Under the pieces are notes generated by a model that did no database searches, was not told where the DNA came from, and worked only from the letters and a program-made list of their open reading frames with translations. This document shows, in pieces, positions 9,315 through 17,836 of a DNA stretch of 64,000 nucleotides. Source of the DNA: an uncultured virus (IMG/VR IMGVR_UViG_3300035130_000204) (lineage: Duplodnaviria; Heunggongvirae; Uroviricota; Caudoviricetes); the IMG/VR virus record IMGVR_UViG_3300035130_000204; one strand, written 5' to 3'. Made by a program: the position numbers and the translations under genes. Position 1 is the first letter of the stretch, and each line of letters starts with the position of its first letter.

Positions 9315-10181
9315 ATGCGAAACGGGCGAAACGGCGTGTCCAGGTGGCAGAACCTCGGTGATGACTTCGACGGCATGTACGGAGACGACACCAGCGACGA
9401 AGACGTCGAGTACGTCGGCGTTGTCGAGGAAGAGGCTACCGCTGGCATGGGCAGCAACGGTGTAAGACCTGTCCCGAGCACGGTTTCACAAATGAGGATG
9501 CGACCCAGGGCACAACGTCCGGGGGCTGCGATTCCTCAACCTCAGCCACCTGATCAGCCCGTGGTCGTACCGACAGCGAGCGGTGAGGTCCGTCTGAATG
9601 CGGACGCTGTGCGCATGGCGCAGCAGTCGCCGACCATGGAAATGGGCGGCAAGGCGGTGAAGCGGGCTCAGCCTGGCACCTACCTCGTCATGGAGCCGAG
9701 CCGGTGGAACCGACTCGGCCAGGTGCCCGTCGAGGCTGCCTACGCGGGTCTCGGCTCCAGCAACACCCGTAGCGGTGGTGGTGGGTTCGACTGGGGTGGC
9801 CTGGTCTCTGGAGTCCTGGAGACGGGTGGCCAGATCACGGGCACCGTCCTGCAGTACCAGCAGAGCCAGGCCGAGCTTCAGGCTCGTCGTGAGGCGGAAC
9901 GCGCAGCGCGAGATGCACAGCTGGAAGCGGCTCGTGCAGAGCGAGCCTCTGCTTCGGAGCAGGCACAGCGCGACTTCGAGCTGCAGCTCGAGCGCATCAG
10001 GACGTTGCGCGAGGCTGGGCGCGAGGAGGAGGCTCGAGCTGTAGAAGAGCAGCTTCCTGTAGCGGCTTCAACGGGCCCTTCGCCGGTCGTGTGGGTTCTC
10101 GGTGCCCTGGTCTTGGCTGGCGGCATCGGTGCCGTCGTCTACTTCGTCACGAAGAAGGACAAGGACAAGGGCAAGGACTAG
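9315..10181 (+). CDS. Putative virion membrane protein with C-terminal TM anchor
   Basis: RBS GGAGGAG; C-terminal hydrophobic helix followed by KKDKDKGKD; contains VEAAYAGLG, identical to a segment of the 17837 protein. Confidence 0.75.
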   Translation: MRNGRNGVSRWQNLGDDFDGMYGDDTSDEDVEYVGVVEEEATAGMGSNGVRPVPSTVSQMRMRPRAQRPGAAIPQPQPPDQPVVVPTASGEVRLNADAVRMAQQSPTMEMGGKAVKRAQPGTYLVMEPSRWNRLGQVPVEAAYAGLGSSNTRSGGGGFDWGGLVSGVLETGGQITGTVLQYQQSQAELQARREAERAARDAQLEAARAERASASEQAQRDFELQLERIRTLREAGREEEARAVEEQLPVAASTGPSPVVWVLGALVLAGGIGAVVYFVTKKDKDKGKD

Positions 10182-10184
10182 CCG

Positions 10185-10622
10185 ATGGCTCTTGGTACGG
10201 ACTGGTCTGGGGTTGTCTCGGCTGTTGGTGGAGGTGTAGCGAACGCCTTCAACGTCGCCGCTCAGACAGAAGCACGTGCCGAGGCGGCACGTGTTGCCGC
10301 GGAGCAGCGTAGCTATGGGTGGGCTGAGGCCGCAGATATACAGAGACACGAGCGCGAGCTTGCAGAGCTGGACCGGCAAATTGAAGAAGAACAACGAAGG
10401 CTTCTCGCTGAAGGACGCCGCGCTATCGAGAGCGAGGAGCTTCAACTGCTTCAGGACCGCCGCCGCCGTGCTGTGAGCGAGGCAGCTGCAGCACGAGCTG
10501 CTCGTGATGCGGCGCTCGCCCGCCGTGTGCGCATACCTGCGTGGGGGTGGGTCGCTATCGGCGTGGTAGCCATCGGTGGCGTTTTCGGTCTGGTGGCCTG
10601 GCGCGCTACAGCCCAGGAGTAG
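10185..10622 (+). CDS. Putative virion membrane protein (coiled coil plus C-terminal TM)
   Basis: MALG start, coiled-coil middle, C-terminal WGWVAIGVVAIGGVFGLVAW. Confidence 0.75.
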   Translation: MALGTDWSGVVSAVGGGVANAFNVAAQTEARAEAARVAAEQRSYGWAEAADIQRHERELAELDRQIEEEQRRLLAEGRRAIESEELQLLQDRRRRAVSEAAAARAARDAALARRVRIPAWGWVAIGVVAIGGVFGLVAWRATAQE

Positions 10623-10638
10623 AAAGGTATTAAAGAGT

Positions 10639-11232
10639 ATGTACGAGTACACGCGATCGTTCGGAGGGCTCGGCGCACTCGGCTATTCCTATCCTCGAGG
10701 GACCTGCACCGAGGTGAGCGGCGGCGAGCAAAGGTGCTTTCGCCCGAGGGAGGAGAGCATCGCAACGCGTGCCGGGTGCAGCGACACTGGCGACGCCTGC
10801 GAAGTCGGAGGTGACACCGGTGCGCTCTACTGTTGCCCCGCGACCGCAGGTCTCCGGAGGCCTGCAGGATCTCCAGCCCCATCTGGCGAGGGGGCTCCTG
10901 CGGAAGAGGGTGAGCGAAAAGGTGTCTGGGAGACAGTCACCGAGTGGTTCACGGCTGGAGGAGAGCGAGTCACTGATCGACCTGCTCCAGCCGGAGCTGC
11001 GAAAGCGTCGGGAGCACCCGCTGGAGGTACTCCGACACCTGACGGGTTCGCTCAGTACGCAAGAGAGGTCGCCGGAAGCGAAGCAGCTCGTCAGGAGATG
11101 GAGAGCCTCCCCATCGAGGACGAGACCGAAGCTCCCTGGTATCAGCGGTATCAGACGCACATCACCATTGCTTCGACTGCCCTAGGTCTAGTGACTTTCC
11201 TTGGTTGGCTGGCGCTGCGAAAGAAGGACTAG
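10639..11232 (+). CDS. Cys-rich membrane protein (MYEY-leader family)
   Basis: MYEYTRSFGGLGALG leader; CxEVSGGxQRCFR..GC..C..CCP; C-terminal TM followed by RKKD. Confidence 0.75.
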   Translation: MYEYTRSFGGLGALGYSYPRGTCTEVSGGEQRCFRPREESIATRAGCSDTGDACEVGGDTGALYCCPATAGLRRPAGSPAPSGEGAPAEEGERKGVWETVTEWFTAGGERVTDRPAPAGAAKASGAPAGGTPTPDGFAQYAREVAGSEAARQEMESLPIEDETEAPWYQRYQTHITIASTALGLVTFLGWLALRKKD

Positions 11233-11235
11233 CCG

Positions 11236-11934
11236 ATGCCCCTGGGCGATGCAGCCAGAGCAAGGCAGCTTTACGCCGAGGCGGAGCGTCTGTACCAGCA
11301 GCGCCGTTACCGCGAAGCTGCGCGCCGGTACATGGACAGCTACCGCGAGGTCGAGGGTTCTTCTGACGAAAACCCAACACCCATATGGGCCGCTGCGCAG
11401 GCATACGAGCGGGCTCAGGATTGGGGCGCCGCGATCCAGCACTACGAGCGTGCTGGGCGCGAGGGCTATGCCTACCGCGGAACGCGAGAGCTAGAGTGGT
11501 ACCCCGAGTCGGCGCACCAATCGGCGGCACGACTGCGTCGCGCACATCCTGAGGCTGCCGGTGAACTCTCGCCGCCGTCGGAGCCATCAGCGCCGACGAC
11601 CGAAAAGGGTGTCATCGAGGAAGTTTGGGACTGGGTGACCGGCGGTGGTGGCGACGAGCCGGCTGCGGCAACAAGCGTGGGGGCAGCGACAAAGCGCGCA
11701 CGTACTGAGGATGTGAGAGAGACCGTAGGCGCTGCTGCGAGCAAGTTTGCGACCGATACGGCCAGACAGACTGCGGCTGTCGAGCGAGGTCCTGCACCGA
11801 GAGTTCAGATGCCGGCTAGGAGCACACCTTCTTGGGTGCCCTATGCAGTGCTCGGAGCAGCAGGGCTCGGAGTCGTCGCTGTCGTCGGATATTTCCTGAC
11901 ACGCAAGACCACGCCTGAGGGCGAGGAGGATTGA
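11236..11934 (+). CDS. TPR-like membrane-anchored protein
   Basis: A..LY....Y.EAA..Y and AQAYERAQDWGAAIQHYERA TPR-like helices; C-terminal TM followed by RK. Confidence 0.7.
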   Translation: MPLGDAARARQLYAEAERLYQQRRYREAARRYMDSYREVEGSSDENPTPIWAAAQAYERAQDWGAAIQHYERAGREGYAYRGTRELEWYPESAHQSAARLRRAHPEAAGELSPPSEPSAPTTEKGVIEEVWDWVTGGGGDEPAAATSVGAATKRARTEDVRETVGAAASKFATDTARQTAAVERGPAPRVQMPARSTPSWVPYAVLGAAGLGVVAVVGYFLTRKTTPEGEED

Positions 11935-11935
11935 T

Positions 11936-12388
11936 ATGCCCGACAACGGCAAGCCAAGCAAGAGAGTCGTGCAGAAGCCGAAGGGCCCGAAGCCGGCTCT
12001 GCAGGTCGTCGGAGGAGCTAAGCCGACCGGCAAGCTCCCGAAGGTTGTCGGGGCCGGCATCTTCGGGTTGCCAGGTCAGGACGAGGGAGTCTTCTCTTCG
12101 GATGCAAAGCCCATTGCGGCTGCGGGCATCTTCTTCAATCCCTACGCCGTGACCAACATCGCCATGGAGCAGCCGTCGACCAGCTGGACGCTTCTGCGCC
12201 GGCCTGGTCAGCCGCTCTATCCTGGCTCCTCTGCGCGAGGCATCGTGCTCATTGGTCCGTCGATGGGCGACAACGGTGATGGGAACGGTGAGCAGCAGGC
12301 TGGCGTCTGGGGACGCCCTTTGCTTTTTGCGCTCATCGGAGCTGCTGGAGCCTACGCTTTCTGGAAGCTCATTCTCGAGGGGAAGTGA
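11936..12388 (+). CDS. Small membrane-anchored protein
   Basis: C-terminal TM; GIFG / DEGVF / GIFF motifs; SMGD. Confidence 0.7.
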   Translation: MPDNGKPSKRVVQKPKGPKPALQVVGGAKPTGKLPKVVGAGIFGLPGQDEGVFSSDAKPIAAAGIFFNPYAVTNIAMEQPSTSWTLLRRPGQPLYPGSSARGIVLIGPSMGDNGDGNGEQQAGVWGRPLLFALIGAAGAYAFWKLILEGK

Positions 12389-12395
12389 GGCAACC

Positions 12396-12857
12396 ATGGC
12401 GCTCCTGTCGCAGCGGCCAGTCGTCGTCGACATGCGGTTCATCAATCCGCACGTCAAGAAGGGCGACTTCTACCTGATCAAGAGCCCAGTGAGCGGTCGT
12501 AACTACTACGTCTACCCCAGGATGGTTGGCCGCAAGAAGGGTCAGCGCTATATGCCTGGCTCAACGGGTCGCTTCCCTGTCGTCGAGGGCTTGGGCGACG
12601 ACGGCGATAGCAACTACATGCAGTTTTTCGAGGCCAGCCGCGACTTTCGTCAGGCGGCCATAAGCGAGGCTGTCGACACTGCGGAAGAGCTTCAGCAAGC
12701 GGCCGAACGGTTTCCGCGCAGCAACCTGAATGTACCTGCCGTTCCTTCTCCGGCAGGGTCGGTCAGTCCAGGTCAGGGCCGGGACCTCATGGTTTTTGGT
12801 CTGCTGGCCCTCGGAGCGATCGGCGTGGGCTACGTGCTTCTGAGGAAGAAGGACTGA
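12396..12857 (+). CDS. Small membrane-anchored protein
   Basis: RBS GAGG; EGLGD motif; C-terminal TM followed by RKKD. Confidence 0.7.
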   Translation: MALLSQRPVVVDMRFINPHVKKGDFYLIKSPVSGRNYYVYPRMVGRKKGQRYMPGSTGRFPVVEGLGDDGDSNYMQFFEASRDFRQAAISEAVDTAEELQQAAERFPRSNLNVPAVPSPAGSVSPGQGRDLMVFGLLALGAIGVGYVLLRKKD

Positions 12858-12869
12858 GGGAGGAGCGAC

Positions 12870-13586
12870 ATGTACGAGTACAACAAATCTTACGGTGGCC
12901 TCGGGTGGCTTTGGGCATCAGGATCATCGGAGCGTTTTCCTGGTGGCCGACGCGTCTGCTTTCGTCGGGACGAGGAGCAGTTCGCCTCGACACGTGGTTG
13001 CCAGCCCATTGGTGGCATTTGCAGGCTCGGAGACGGGAGCACCAGGCCGGCTCAGTGCTGTCCCGGCGACGACATGAAGACGCTGTGGGAATGCCCGTCG
13101 GGTTGGGAGACGGCGTCGGCTGCTCCAGCCACAAGCAGTGGTGCGCCGAGCAGAACGGAGGTCAGAAGGCTGCAGAACGCAATTTTGCAGTCAGGCTGCA
13201 CTCTGCCGAGGTATGGCGCTGACGGACGATGGGGCTCGGAGACCGAGGCAGGCGTCCGTTGCATGGCAGGGCGAGTGGGTTGGGCCGGCATCAGCTCGGG
13301 CTTCCCGTGGGTAGCGGCTTTCATGGCCACAGGAGCAGGAGCGGGCGCAAGGCCAGGCGCGGGGCCAGGCGCGGGGCCAGGCGCGGGGCCAGGCGCAGGC
13401 ATAGGCCCCGGCGTAGGCCCAGACAGAGAGACCCGTCCTGGCTTCATGTCAGCGCTGCCAGGTCCGTTGGGCGAATGGTGGTTCTGGGTGGCCTCTGCAG
13501 GAGTCGTGGGTCTTGGGGTGCTCGGCTACACGCAACTCAAGAAGAAGGACGAGGACGAGGAAGAGGAGCTGGGCCAGCAGTTCTGA
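12870..13586 (+). CDS. Cys-rich, peptidoglycan-binding-domain membrane protein (MYEY-leader family)
   Basis: MYEYNKSYGGLG leader; CFR..GC..C..CCP; PG_binding_1-like EVRRLQNAI....YGADGRWGSETEAGVR; GPGA linker; C-terminal TM followed by KKK. Confidence 0.75.
   Translation: MYEYNKSYGGLGWLWASGSSERFPGGRRVCFRRDEEQFASTRGCQPIGGICRLGDGSTRPAQCCPGDDMKTLWECPSGWETASAAPATSSGAPSRTEVRRLQNAILQSGCTLPRYGADGRWGSETEAGVRCMAGRVGWAGISSGFPWVAAFMATGAGAGARPGAGPGAGPGAGPGAGIGPGVGPDRETRPGFMSALPGPLGEWWFWVASAGVVGLGVLGYTQLKKKDEDEEEELGQQF
13351..13398 (+). repeat. 12-bp tandem repeat encoding a (GPGA)n linker
   Basis: GGCCAGGCGCGG repeated about 4 times in frame. Confidence 0.85.
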
Positions 13587-13598
13587 GGGAGGCGTTCG

Positions 13599-13928
13599 AT
13601 GGACTGGAAGAAGCTTGCTTTGGCAGGTGGTGCAGCCACGGGCGTGTGGTTGCTGATTCGGCATCATCAGAGGTCTACGGTGCCGACTGATGTTCATGCT
13701 TCCGAGGCCGTCAATCGAGCCATCGAGGAGGCTGTGCCAGTGACTTCCGCAGAGGAGCCGACGCCAGAGCAAGCTCAAGACCCGGCTTTCTGGGAGGCGA
13801 TGGCGCGTAACATCGTCGCTGACCTGGGTCTGGGCGCTCTGCCTCCATGGCCTGGTATTGGTCCCGTTCCACATCCGAGCCTAGGGCCCGTGTGGTCTAC
13901 GACAAACTGGTCCGTTACCTGGAGGTAG
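13599..13928 (+). CDS. Small protein with N-terminal TM
   Basis: RBS GGGAGG; MDWKKLALAGGAATGVWLLI; internal DLGLG. Confidence 0.65.
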   Translation: MDWKKLALAGGAATGVWLLIRHHQRSTVPTDVHASEAVNRAIEEAVPVTSAEEPTPEQAQDPAFWEAMARNIVADLGLGALPPWPGIGPVPHPSLGPVWSTTNWSVTWR

Positions 13929-13931
13929 ACC

Positions 13932-14345
13932 GTGTACGAGTTCGACGCGAGTGGCCTCGGATTCACGAACTGGCGCACCTCGCCAGGTGATCCGTGCAGT
14001 GAGGTCTCAGGTGGTCAGCAAAGGTGCTTTCGTACGACGACCGTAGCTGGCGACTGCCCACAGCACGGCGGTCAATGCCCGCCAGAGCAGGAGTTTGCGG
14101 CAGCGCAAGGTTGTATCTCGCGTCGCGAGCCGTGCTCGACGAGCGCAGGCAACCCGGGCATCGTCTGGTGTTGCCCTCCAGGGTGGCCACTGCAGCCGGG
14201 GTCGCCGCCACTCGGCCCTGGTGAGCGACCTCCACAGGCTCCGGTGGTTCCTGCAAGTGTCGCGCGGTATGCGCCTTGGGTCGTGGCAGTCGCAGCTGCT
14301 GGGGGCGCGCTCTGGTACTACATGCGCCAGAAGGGGCGCGTGTGA
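13932..14345 (+). CDS. Cys-rich membrane protein (MYE-leader family)
   Basis: GTG start, YEFDASGLG leader; CSEVSGGQQRCFR..GC..C..CCP, paralogous to 10639; C-terminal TM. Confidence 0.75.
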   Translation: MYEFDASGLGFTNWRTSPGDPCSEVSGGQQRCFRTTTVAGDCPQHGGQCPPEQEFAAAQGCISRREPCSTSAGNPGIVWCCPPGWPLQPGSPPLGPGERPPQAPVVPASVARYAPWVVAVAAAGGALWYYMRQKGRV

Positions 14346-15052
14346 TGTACGAGCGAGACCAAGGAATGGGTTACTCCCCTGCACCGGGGTATGTGAAGGC
14401 AACGACTCCAGGCGCGTGCGGCCCAGGCGCAAGCGTTTACTGCGTATCAAACCTTCCTGAGGATGTAGCTTGGCGAAGTATGACACGGCCGGACGGACGT
14501 CCGCAGTGTCAGCCAGTACGCATGGGTATCTGGGGAAGGTCGTGTCGTACGACAGACAGAAACGAAGGTCAGTATTATTGCTGCTACGATATCGCACCGA
14601 GTCTTTCTACCGTAGAGCAAATCGAATGGGCACAGGAAGAGGGTGCTCCTTTGTCTGCGCGTCGGTGCGAACGAGATCGCGTCGATCGCGGCCTGATGCG
14701 CAACGAGTCTCAGCGCGCCATCTGGGACATCCAGGATCGCCTGTGCAGTCAGCGCATGGATTCGGGACCTGTCAGCGGCGTCGTTTCGAGGGCGCTGGTG
14801 GACGCTGTGCGCCGCGTGCAGCGCCAGCATGGCATCACCATCAACGGCCAAGTCGACGCAGTCACGGCGCAGGCGATGGGGTTCGCTCCTGCAGATGCAC
14901 AGAGAATCGCTGCCGCTGTGGCTCGCTCTGGTGTCGGAACAAGTCCGGATGAACCTCCGCCGCTGTCGTTCAACCCCTGGTTGTTCGGCGCAGCAGCAGC
15001 AGCGGCTGGTTTTCTCGGATTCGCTTACTACCAGTACTCGAAGGCGAGGTAG
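14345..15052 (+). CDS. Cys-rich, peptidoglycan-binding-domain membrane protein (MYE-leader family)
   Basis: MYERDQGMG leader; Cys cluster ending YYCCY; PG-binding-like IQDRL...GPVSG...AVRRVQRQHGITINGQVDAVTAQAM; C-terminal TM. Confidence 0.75.
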   Translation: MYERDQGMGYSPAPGYVKATTPGACGPGASVYCVSNLPEDVAWRSMTRPDGRPQCQPVRMGIWGRSCRTTDRNEGQYYCCYDIAPSLSTVEQIEWAQEEGAPLSARRCERDRVDRGLMRNESQRAIWDIQDRLCSQRMDSGPVSGVVSRALVDAVRRVQRQHGITINGQVDAVTAQAMGFAPADAQRIAAAVARSGVGTSPDEPPPLSFNPWLFGAAAAAAGFLGFAYYQYSKAR

Positions 15053-15054
15053 AC

Positions 15055-15321
15055 ATGGAGCGCAATCCTGTTTGGTTGGTCCCTGCGCTTCTTGCAGCAT
15101 CGGCAATAGGAGGAGCGATCGGCTGGAGCGCCCTGACGTCAGGTCCTTCCGAGCCAACGGCCGAGCAGAGGGAAGTCGCGCAGAGAGCTGCAGTGACTGA
15201 GCGACTACGAGCCCAGATGGCGCTAGATACCTTTCAGCCCGTCCTGATGGCCGCCATCCCGCTGATGGTTGCCGGTGGAGCCTTCTTCATGTGGAAGGCG
15301 CACCAGGAGACTTCGGCGTGA
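15055..15321 (+). CDS. Small two-TM protein
   Basis: MERNP start; two hydrophobic segments. Confidence 0.65.
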   Translation: MERNPVWLVPALLAASAIGGAIGWSALTSGPSEPTAEQREVAQRAAVTERLRAQMALDTFQPVLMAAIPLMVAGGAFFMWKAHQETSA

Positions 15322-15746
15322 GTTCTCAGTACGCTCGTGGCAAGGCGTGGACGAACGTGCGGCCAGGATCGCTCGGTGCGCACAATGTCGTTTCGGCATG
15401 GAATTGGAACACGGGCCAGTACGACTACTACCGAATTCCCAAGCCGCTAGCGCCGCGATACGGTGACGAGGTCAAGCCGCCGTCTCCTGGAGTGTCCTTG
15501 GCTGGACTGGGCGAAGACCCTGATCAATCGGCACGTCCTATTCCATTCGGTGCACGGAAGGTGGGAAGCGGATCGCAGGCGCTTGGCGACATCGTGTCGC
15601 CCGATAGCGTGTCGGCGGGACCGGCGGCTTGGGTCGGCGTCGCAGTGGCCATCGCCATACCCGTGGGACTGCTTTTTGTTACGGCAAACCTCAAGGACTG
15701 GCTCGGTTTCGAAGAAAAATCACAGCGAGTCGAAGAAGCACTTTAG
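15318..15746 (+). CDS. Membrane-anchored protein
   Basis: GTG start after AGGAGA; SAWNWNTGQYDYY, LAGLGED; C-terminal TM. Confidence 0.65.
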   Translation: MSSQYARGKAWTNVRPGSLGAHNVVSAWNWNTGQYDYYRIPKPLAPRYGDEVKPPSPGVSLAGLGEDPDQSARPIPFGARKVGSGSQALGDIVSPDSVSAGPAAWVGVAVAIAIPVGLLFVTANLKDWLGFEEKSQRVEEAL

Positions 15747-15755
15747 GAGAATCCG

Positions 15756-16499
15756 ATGTCGAAACGCCGAATCGACTTGACGAAGATCCTCGAGGACCCA
15801 GAACAGCGCAAAGATCTGATGGTCCGGACCATCGTCGCTACTCAGGCGCGTGAGGGCATCGACGTGTCTTTCGAGGATGCCGAGGAGGCCTATGAGCGCA
15901 TCCAGGAGGAGCTGCGGCGCAAGGCTGCTATGCGCGAGAACCCTGGATTTGTCCGCAACGACGAGCAAAGCCTTGCTGGCGCTGTGCGGACCTACGAGCG
16001 CTTCCATGACGGCGAAGCTGGATTGGGTGCCTATCCGTTCAATGGGCGCAAAGAAGGCATCTTCCCGCTACCTGCCTATGTGCAGTGGCCCTGGGGCGTC
16101 GAGGTATTCGGTCAGGCTGTGCGAACGCTCTACGAGAGCGACAAGTGGCACCCGAAGGGCGACACGACGCAGTACTATCACGATCACGATGGCGGCGTGA
16201 CGTTCTACGTGCCTGCGGGGGAAGGCGAAGGTGAAGTTGTCCCGTTCAAGCACGAGTGGCCCGAGGAGGTTGCTCTTCTTGGTTCGTGCATCGGCTTCGT
16301 GGTCAAGGACGGCGCTGGAGAGCTTGCCGAGGGGATTATGAGCGGCAAGAACATCCTGGTGGCCTCGCCGGACGGTTGGGTCAATCCCAAGAAGCCGAAT
16401 CGTGTGTTCCTGGCCATCATCAACCTCGATGGCGGTGGTGTCGAGGGCATCATCGATGGTGGCAAGCTGCGAATTACTTCGCACGGGATCGAGGGTTAG
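15756..16499 (+). CDS. Hypothetical protein, two modules joined at RENP
   Basis: RBS AGGAG; helical N-terminal part, then YERFH..LYESDKW..YYHDH; ends ITSHGIEG. Confidence 0.75.
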   Translation: MSKRRIDLTKILEDPEQRKDLMVRTIVATQAREGIDVSFEDAEEAYERIQEELRRKAAMRENPGFVRNDEQSLAGAVRTYERFHDGEAGLGAYPFNGRKEGIFPLPAYVQWPWGVEVFGQAVRTLYESDKWHPKGDTTQYYHDHDGGVTFYVPAGEGEGEVVPFKHEWPEEVALLGSCIGFVVKDGAGELAEGIMSGKNILVASPDGWVNPKKPNRVFLAIINLDGGGVEGIIDGGKLRITSHGIEG

Positions 16500-16501
16500 C
16501 A

Positions 16502-16825
16502 ATGCGTGTCTTTCCGAAGTACCTCGAGAAGGCAGCGGCGCTGATGTGGAGGATGAACGAAGACTACTGGCGTTTGCGAAAAAGCGCCGATAATGCCATC
16601 GATCGCGGCGATTACGCTGCGGCAATCACTGACGCCGAAGACGCAGTCGAGATAAGCGCGCTGTACATGCACATTGGCTTCGCAATCCGTCCTCGTGACG
16701 AACGAGAGGGTCTGCGTGAGTTCAATCGCGAGACCGGTGAGTGGTATCAGGGCATAGAGCAATCCTATCGTGAGGCGCGCAGGCCTCCTGCGAACTTGTT
16801 CGCGAAACTGTTCGGAAGGGGCTGA
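16502..16825 (+). CDS. Hypothetical helical protein
   Basis: Fills the gap between neighbours; RBS GAGG. Confidence 0.6.
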   Translation: MRVFPKYLEKAAALMWRMNEDYWRLRKSADNAIDRGDYAAAITDAEDAVEISALYMHIGFAIRPRDEREGLREFNRETGEWYQGIEQSYREARRPPANLFAKLFGRG

Positions 16826-16826
16826 C

Positions 16827-17378
16827 ATGTACGAGTACCAACATGCTTTCGGGGCGCTCGGAACGAACGGAAAGACCAGTGCGTCGTTGCCACCAGAACG
16901 TCCATCGATTCCTAGCGGTCCCGTGACGAGTGAGCAGATCGACGAGTTCGTGCAGGAGCATCGACAGTACGAGCACGCCGTCGAGCAGCAGCGTGAATCG
17001 GAGCGCCAGGAAGAACAGGCGCGGTGGATGCTCAACGCTGCCCAACGTGCTGCGTACTTTGAGCAGAACCCAGCTGCTCTCGCTGCTGCCCAGTTTGGCG
17101 GCTGTCTTTTCGGCTCGCTGATTTGGGGTGCCATCATCGGCGCCATAGCGTCCCCCAAGGGTGAGCGTGGTGGTGGTGCCAAGTGGGGCATCCTGGGTGC
17201 AATGGCAACATGCCCGTTGGTTCCTCTGTGGACTCGCATCGGATACGTCGGCACTGTCCTCAACGTCGTGCTTGCCATTGGTGCGCCCATCGCAGCTGCT
17301 CGCTACCGCCTCGAGCGCGAGCGCGAGCGCGAGCGAGCGGCACTGCCTGGTCGTGTCGCAGAAGGAGGCCGTCCGTGA
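16827..17378 (+). CDS. Multi-TM protein (MYEY-leader family)
   Basis: MYEYQHAFGALG leader; three hydrophobic segments. Confidence 0.7.
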   Translation: MYEYQHAFGALGTNGKTSASLPPERPSIPSGPVTSEQIDEFVQEHRQYEHAVEQQRESERQEEQARWMLNAAQRAAYFEQNPAALAAAQFGGCLFGSLIWGAIIGAIASPKGERGGGAKWGILGAMATCPLVPLWTRIGYVGTVLNVVLAIGAPIAAARYRLERERERERAALPGRVAEGGRP

Positions 17379-17707
17379 GCTACGAAAACAGTGAGATGGG
17401 TGCGATCACCGCAGTACAACCTATGGGCGACAACGGTGGCATGTTTGGTGGAACGCTGTCATCACTGGTCGTATCCGCAGGAATGGGCGCCCTGGCGGCT
17501 GTGATGACGGGACCCAAGGAGAGGCGGAAGAAGATTGCCCTCTGGGGTGCTGCTTCAGGTGCTGCTCTGTACTTCGGAACCGGCATGATCACGGGCGATG
17601 TAGGTCCCTTTGGTATCATCCAACCCTTCACGCCGTTGATTGCCGGCTGGGGTGTCAGCAAGCTCGAGAAGATGGGCAAGCTTCCCGCCATCGGTCCAGC
17701 GTCCTGA
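17375..17707 (+). CDS. Small multi-TM protein
   Basis: GTG after AGGAGG; SYENSEMG leader; hydrophobic segments arranged like those of 16827. Confidence 0.65.
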   Translation: MSYENSEMGAITAVQPMGDNGGMFGGTLSSLVVSAGMGALAAVMTGPKERRKKIALWGAASGAALYFGTGMITGDVGPFGIIQPFTPLIAGWGVSKLEKMGKLPAIGPAS

Positions 17708-17752
17708 GTACGATCAAGAACCTTGACATAGTACTGAGGACGTTCGTAGACT
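17700..17752 (+). promoter_or_regulatory. Putative promoter of the core/capsid operon with two palindromic sites
   Basis: CGTCCTGAGTACG (17700-17712); TTGACA(17723)-N18-TAGACT(17747) with AGTACTGAGGACG (17730-17742) in the spacer. Confidence 0.65.
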
Positions 17753-17836
17753 CATCTTGCCTCAACCAAAAGTCCCCGCCCCATAGGACTGGAAGACAGA
17801 GGCGTCTTTCAACTCCATTGCGGAGGCGGGTGACCT

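Noticed and set aside
9298..16499. Genome-wide TAG reassignment (alternative genetic code)
   Set aside because: Most TAG stops are followed by out-of-frame genes with their own RBS, and long enzymes are not interrupted by TAG
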